Source of the DNA: Minisyncoccia bacterium
Lineage (GTDB): Bacteria; Patescibacteriota; Minisyncoccia; Phycocordibacterales; UBA9973
Assembly (NCBI GenBank): GCA_965662335.1
Contig: CBFIGQ010000047.1
Coordinates: 13,131-77,130, forward strand
Direction: 5' to 3'
Length of the DNA: 64,000 nucleotides
Shown: piece after piece, positions 59,938 through 64,000 of the stretch
Layout: each line of letters starts with the position of its first letter
Position numbering within the stretch: position 1 is the first letter of the stretch
The notes under the pieces: model-generated
The model's database searches: none
What the model saw: the letters and a program-made list of their open reading frames with translations, nothing else
Told to the model about the DNA's origin: nothing
Translations under genes and position numbers: made by a program

Positions 59938-61656
59938 ATGTATTGGCTAAACGAAAACAGTAGAAAATTCTTGGCAAAAGGCTATCTCATGAACGGACAG
60001 TCTGCCGAAGACCGTATCCGTGAGATTGCAACCATTGCAGAAAAGCATCTCGGAAAGCCTGGTTTTGCCGATAAGTTTTATGACTATATGTCTCGCGGCT
60101 TTTACTCACTTGCAACTCCTATCTGGGCCAACTATGGGCACACTCGGGGGCTTCCGATCAGTTGTTTCGGATCATACGTTGCAGATGACATGTCTCGTAT
60201 ACTGTACACGCATGCAGAAGTCGGCATGATGACCAAGTACGGAGGTGGTACTTCTGCGTACTTTGGAGACCTCAGACCACGCGGTGCTGAGATCAAGGGT
60301 AACGGACACTCGTCTGGGTCTGTGCACTTCATGGAGCTCTTTGATGGACTCATCAACATTGTCTCGCAGGGCACGGTGCGCCGTGGCCACTGCGCGCCCT
60401 ACCTACCTGTTGAACACGGAGACATTGATGAATTTTTAAATATTGGAAAAGAGGGACATCCGATCCAGGAGTCTACCTATGCGATCACAGTTGGAGACGA
60501 GTGGCTCAAGGCAATGGTTGGAGGCGACCAAGCAAAGCGCGCTATTTGGGCCAAGGTTATCCAGCGCCGCACTGAGATAGGCTACCCATACATTCTCTTT
60601 AGCGATACTGTTAATAACAATACCGTAGATGTCTACAAAGACAAGGGGGTGCGTATCTACGGCAGCAACCTCTGTTCTGAGATCTGTTTACCAACTGCGG
60701 ATGATATATCCTTTGTGTGCTGCCTTTCTTCAATAAACCTTCGCCACTACGAAGAATGGAAAGACACCGATGCAGTCGAAACACTCACCATGTTCCTCGA
60801 CACGGTGATCGGAGAATTCGTCGAACGCCTCGAAGCAATGCGAGACAGCAGCGACTCGCAAAAGCAATCTGCCTTTTACTTCATGCAACGCGCACACAAG
60901 TTCGCCAAAGAGCACCGCGCGCTTGGCCTCGGAGTGCTCGGGTGGCATACACTGCTTCAGGAGCGCAATATTCCATTCGAAAGCGCCGAAGCAGCCGCAC
61001 TTAACGAAGAGATCTTCAAGCTTCTCAAAGAAAAGGCATACGCAGCGTCTACGCAGATGGCCAAAGACTACGGAGAACCAGAAGTCCTCAAAGGCTACGG
61101 CCGCCGCAACACCACACTTCTTGCGGTTGCACCAACCACCTCAAGTGCATTTATTCTTGGGCAAGTTTCGCAAGGCATTGAGCCGCTTATGAGTAACGCC
61201 TTTGTGAAAGACGTCGACAAAATGAAAGTCACTATCAAAAATCCGACACTTGTTGCACTTCTTGAAGAAAAGGGAATGAATACTCCTGAGATCTGGAACA
61301 GTATTCGTGACAACGACGGTTCAGTGCAGCACCTCGACGGACTCACCGATCATGAAAAGAAAGTCTTCCGAACCTTTGCCGAGATAGATCAAAAGGCAAT
61401 CATTGACCAAGCTGCGACACGTCAGCAGTACATCGACCAAGCGCAGTCGCTCAACATCATGATCGATCCAAGTATTCCAGCGAAGGATCTCAACGCGCTC
61501 TATCTCTACGCATGGGAGAAAGGTATCAAGACCCTCTACTACCAGCACTCTATGAATGCAGCGCAGCAGTTTGGTCGCAAGAAGCTCCAAGAGCAAGATG
61601 CCAAGAAGCCCAAAGTCATGGTGATGGGGGAGGTGTGTGTAAACTGCGAGGCGTAA
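59938..61656 (+). CDS. nrdA: Ribonucleotide reductase large subunit (class I alpha) lacking ATP-cone
   Basis: Catalytic motifs PISCF, GGGTSAYFGDLRPRGAEIKG, NLCSEI, C-terminal CVNCEA redox cysteines; 572 aa. Confidence 0.85.
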   Translation: MYWLNENSRKFLAKGYLMNGQSAEDRIREIATIAEKHLGKPGFADKFYDYMSRGFYSLATPIWANYGHTRGLPISCFGSYVADDMSRILYTHAEVGMMTKYGGGTSAYFGDLRPRGAEIKGNGHSSGSVHFMELFDGLINIVSQGTVRRGHCAPYLPVEHGDIDEFLNIGKEGHPIQESTYAITVGDEWLKAMVGGDQAKRAIWAKVIQRRTEIGYPYILFSDTVNNNTVDVYKDKGVRIYGSNLCSEICLPTADDISFVCCLSSINLRHYEEWKDTDAVETLTMFLDTVIGEFVERLEAMRDSSDSQKQSAFYFMQRAHKFAKEHRALGLGVLGWHTLLQERNIPFESAEAAALNEEIFKLLKEKAYAASTQMAKDYGEPEVLKGYGRRNTTLLAVAPTTSSAFILGQVSQGIEPLMSNAFVKDVDKMKVTIKNPTLVALLEEKGMNTPEIWNSIRDNDGSVQHLDGLTDHEKKVFRTFAEIDQKAIIDQAATRQQYIDQAQSLNIMIDPSIPAKDLNALYLYAWEKGIKTLYYQHSMNAAQQFGRKKLQEQDAKKPKVMVMGEVCVNCEA

Positions 61657-61699
61657 AAAGTGATATAATCAGTCTATTACTAAATAAATCAATAAATAT

Positions 61700-62020
61700 A
61701 TGGGAATGGAAGGGTTTCCTTCAATGGAAAACAAGAAAGATATACCAGATAATATTTCTCAAGATAAGAAAGAGCGTTTTGAGAGCGGGGAGTGGAAAAT
61801 GATGAATACAGAGCCGATTCATCTAACGCAAGAAGAGTTAAATTTAGTTGAGAATGGAAAGGTAGATAGTCCTGAGGTTCAAAAACTTCTTGCCGAAAAA
61901 GGTATAGAATTTGGTGACGGTCACTTTTATAGAGTCAATGATGGAGCTATTATGGAGTTTGGATCTGATATGGGTACTTCGTTGATCACCAATAGCGATG
62001 AAATTATAAGTAGTAGTTAG
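61700..62020 (+). CDS. Hypothetical protein
   Basis: 106 aa, acidic, no domain; lies in first copy of the duplicated spacer. Confidence 0.3.
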   Translation: MGMEGFPSMENKKDIPDNISQDKKERFESGEWKMMNTEPIHLTQEELNLVENGKVDSPEVQKLLAEKGIEFGDGHFYRVNDGAIMEFGSDMGTSLITNSDEIISSS

Positions 62021-62053
62021 TATTGTAATTTTCAGGAAAATTTGTATAGTGTC

Positions 62054-62109
62054 TTTGTTGTACCGAACGATCGCGCTTGGCTCGCAAGAGTCAGGTGAGG
62101 AAAGTCCGA
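62054..62109 (+). ncRNA. Truncated, diverged second copy of the RNase P RNA 5' end (P1-P4 5' strand only)
   Basis: tttgttgtaccgaacgatcgcg-[8-bp hairpin, gcaa loop]-tgaggaaagtccga aligns with the RNase P RNA start at 63481-63531 and shows compensatory changes in the P3 hairpin; no P4 3' strand (ACAGAAnnCGGCTTA) follows. Confidence 0.5.
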
Positions 62110-62241
62110 TATGTCTATAGAGCTTGCAAATTGTTCACCAGAAGGGTACACTCAAAGTGTACCCTTCTGTCGCTTCGGTGGCAGGACGCGAAACCGCAAC
62201 ATATGTTGCGGTTTCTGCATTTTGAGCCTATGCTTTAAGGT

Positions 62242-62865
62242 ATGAAAATGAACGTCTATATCGACAGTTTCAACCTTTATTATGGCTGCCTCAAAAAGAA
62301 TTCATCAGTGAAATGGCTTGATATCTCCAAGCTGTGTCAGTTTCTTTTCCCAAAGGATACTGTCCAAAAAATAAAATACTATACAGCTGCGGTTAAACTT
62401 CGCCCAAATGATCCTGATACCGATAAGCCCAATAGACAACAAATCCATTTCAGAGCACTCCGTACTTTACCAACATTGGAATTATTTTATGGAACATTCC
62501 TTTCCCATACTGTTTCTATGAAGCGGGCGGATGGAAAGGGGTATGCTGATGTGATCAAGACGGAAGAGAAAGGAACTGACGTGAGTATAGCGACTCATTT
62601 GGTACATGATGCTCACAATAAAGACTTCGAAATAGCTGTGGTGGTATCAAATGATTCCGATCTTGTCGAACCAATCAGGATTGTTACTCAAGAACTTAAA
62701 CTCCCGGTGATTGTGGTAAGTCCGTTTGAACGAAACTCGATAGAATTGAAAAAGATAGCAAGCTCGGTGCGCCATATTCGTAATGGTGTGCTTCGGGTCA
62801 GTCAGTTTCCATTTGAACTTGAAGATGAAGTGGGGAAGTTTACAAAACCAGATACTTGGAAATAA
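62242..62865 (+). CDS. NYN-domain nuclease (LabA/YacP-like, PF01936)
   Basis: N-terminal VYIDSFNLYY and central/C-terminal GTDVSIATHLVHDA...AVVVSNDSDLVEPI motifs of the NYN/PIN-like fold. Confidence 0.7.
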   Translation: MKMNVYIDSFNLYYGCLKKNSSVKWLDISKLCQFLFPKDTVQKIKYYTAAVKLRPNDPDTDKPNRQQIHFRALRTLPTLELFYGTFLSHTVSMKRADGKGYADVIKTEEKGTDVSIATHLVHDAHNKDFEIAVVVSNDSDLVEPIRIVTQELKLPVIVVSPFERNSIELKKIASSVRHIRNGVLRVSQFPFELEDEVGKFTKPDTWK

Positions 62866-62872
62866 ATCCATG

Positions 62873-62983
62873 CAACAATTCGGCCGCAAGAAGCTTCAAG
62901 AGCAGGATGCCAAGAAGCCAAAGGTGATGGTGATGGGAGAGGTGTGCGTGAACTGTGAAGCGTAATCGCAATCAATAAATAAG
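62873..62983 (+). repeat. Diverged duplicate of the nrdA 3' end (last ~31 codons plus about 17 nt downstream)
   Basis: About 85% nt identity to 61565-61698; encodes the identical peptide QQFGRKKLQEQDAKKPKVMVMGEVCVNCEA with synonymous differences only. Confidence 0.7.
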
Positions 62984-63013
62984 AAAAACCACAGATATTA
63001 TTCTGCGGTTTTT
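62984..63013. terminator. Hairpin with flanking A/T runs (candidate bidirectional terminator)
   Basis: aaaaaccacag-atattatt-ctgcggttttt. Confidence 0.5.
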
Positions 63014-63019
63014 AAATTT

Positions 63020-63277
63020 TCAGGGAATGGCCCTTAATTTTCTGTAAGAAGGGTTGCCATCAAATTGAGATTTATCAATAAAAGCAATTGAAGACTCACC
63101 TTCAGCACTTCCGGTATCAATGATAACTTCTGTATCATCACATACCCATATTGCCTCATCTGCACAAAGATGTTTTTTATCTTTAAGATAAAACTGGAGA
63201 ATAGTGTTTGCTCTGAGGTCATTTAATCCAGAATAGACATCGGTGATTGTATAACAAAGGTCGCTTTCATGCAGCAT
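63020..63277 (-). CDS. Hypothetical protein
   Basis: 85 aa, no domain; in second copy of spacer. Confidence 0.3.
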   Translation of the reverse strand: MLHESDLCYTITDVYSGLNDLRANTILQFYLKDKKHLCADEAIWVCDDTEVIIDTGSAEGESSIAFIDKSQFDGNPSYRKLRAIP

Positions 63278-63448
63278 TTTGTTTTCTACAAAGTGATTAT
63301 CTATCTTTAAGTGAGATTTGTTTTGAAAGCTCCTTAAAATAAAAATGGTAATTGCTTTGATAACTTCAGAATTATGAGGGCCATCTTTTTTGAAAATGTT
63401 TTTGCATAGTTGTATAATTTGAAATTATTATATCATTTAATAATAATA

Positions 63449-63477
63449 TTGTCAATATAATCTAAATATGCTATAAA
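63449..63477 (+). promoter_or_regulatory. Sigma70-type promoter for RNase P RNA
   Basis: TTGTCA, 17-nt spacer, TATAAA immediately upstream of the RNase P RNA 5' end. Confidence 0.55.
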
Positions 63478-63480
63478 TCC

Positions 63481-63806
63481 TTTGTTGCACCGCACGATCG
63501 CGTCCGCCAGCTGGCGGATGAGGAAAGTCCGAACACACAACAGTTCATTCTGTACAGGTAGCGGGTAATGCCCGTCTGGCGCAAGCCAAGGACTGCGAAC
63601 AGTGACGAATCTTTGATGAGTAAGGGGTCTTGACCTGAGCTTGTCGAAGGGTGAAACGGCTAAATGTCTACCCGTGTGCAAGGCCGTGCCAGATATCCAC
63701 GTGGTCTCTGGAGTGCTGCTACAGGTGTTTGGTAACAAACATCGCAGATAAATGATCGAACTATCAATTGATAGCAACAGAATTCGGCTTACGAGTGCAA
63801 CATCAT
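63481..63806 (+). ncRNA. rnpB: RNase P RNA (bacterial type)
   Basis: P4 strands GAGGAAAGTCCGaAC and ACAGAAttCGGCTTAC, AAGGGTGAAAcGG motif, P1 pairing tgttgcac/gtgcaaca; about 325 nt. Confidence 0.8.
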
Positions 63807-63807
63807 G

Positions 63808-63841
63808 AAAAACTTCTGCTTTACGCAGAAGTTTTTCTTTT
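63808..63841 (+). terminator. Intrinsic terminator after rnpB
   Basis: aacttctgc-tttac-gcagaagtt followed by T5. Confidence 0.85.
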
Positions 63842-63923
63842 GAGTGGATTGACTTTTACAAAAAATTTTTCTATACTCTGTAGGTGAGTTAGATTCCACA
63901 AGTTTTTAACACACAAATGCCCG

Positions 63924-63956
63924 ACAAAATCCCCGCAAGGGGATTTTGTCTTTGTG
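63924..63956 (+). terminator. Intrinsic terminator-like hairpin
   Basis: acaaaatcccc-gcaa-ggggattttgt followed by ctttgt. Confidence 0.5.
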
Positions 63957-64000
63957 GTGTTGTGTTTATAATAGATTTTTGTATACTAAAAGAGTTCGTG

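Noticed and set aside
62110-62235. Possibility that the region after the partial RNase P copy completes a second functional RNase P RNA
   Set aside because: No P4 3' strand (ACAGAAnnCGGCTTA) or P1 closing sequence is present before the NYN gene; only local hairpins are seen, so it is treated as a truncated copy.

Overview
This 64-kb window looks like chromosome from a small-genome bacterium with Candidate Phyla Radiation/Patescibacteria-like hallmarks (inference). The rRNA genes are unlinked: 23S-5S at about 22.3-26.2 kb with its own TTGACA-17-TATACT promoter, and a solitary 16S at about 56.3-57.9 kb with its own TTGACT-16-TATAAT promoter. The 23S carries two ORF-less intron-like insertions plus expansion segments. 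The 16S has an expansion segment, and its 3' tail reads GAUUAACUCAAAUU instead of GAUCACCUCCUUA, so it has no CCUCC anti-Shine-Dalgarno; almost no gene start has a Shine-Dalgarno motif. Standard genetic code, dense coding, and about 20 clear intrinsic terminators. Housekeeping genes present: recA, ftsK, rplJ-rplL (with L10 leader; no rplKA or rpoBC nearby), secD-secF, a SEDS family (RodA/FtsW-type) peptidoglycan glycosyltransferase, a PAP2 phosphatase, lemA, htpX, tRNA-Ser(GGA), a UvrD-helicase fused to a Cas4/AddB-type nuclease, gyrB, an N-terminally truncated thrS, rpmF, a nusB-NUDIX fusion, rnc, a short smc, murF, a class I ribonucleotide reductase (ATP-cone fused to NrdB, cone-less NrdA), and RNase P RNA. 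Accessory content: a surface-glycan cluster (GT11 fucosyltransferase, methyltransferase, two GT2, Wzx, initiating sugar transferase, O-antigen-ligase-like protein) beside a secreted Gly-rich protein; large peptidoglycan-binding surface proteins; and a beta-helical fibre protein with a C-terminal S74 intramolecular-chaperone domain. Most notable finding: the junction between the RNR 3' end and the RNase P RNA 5' end is present twice in diverged form around a NYN-nuclease gene, which is a Campbell-type integration signature. A second NYN gene remnant abuts the 5S rRNA.
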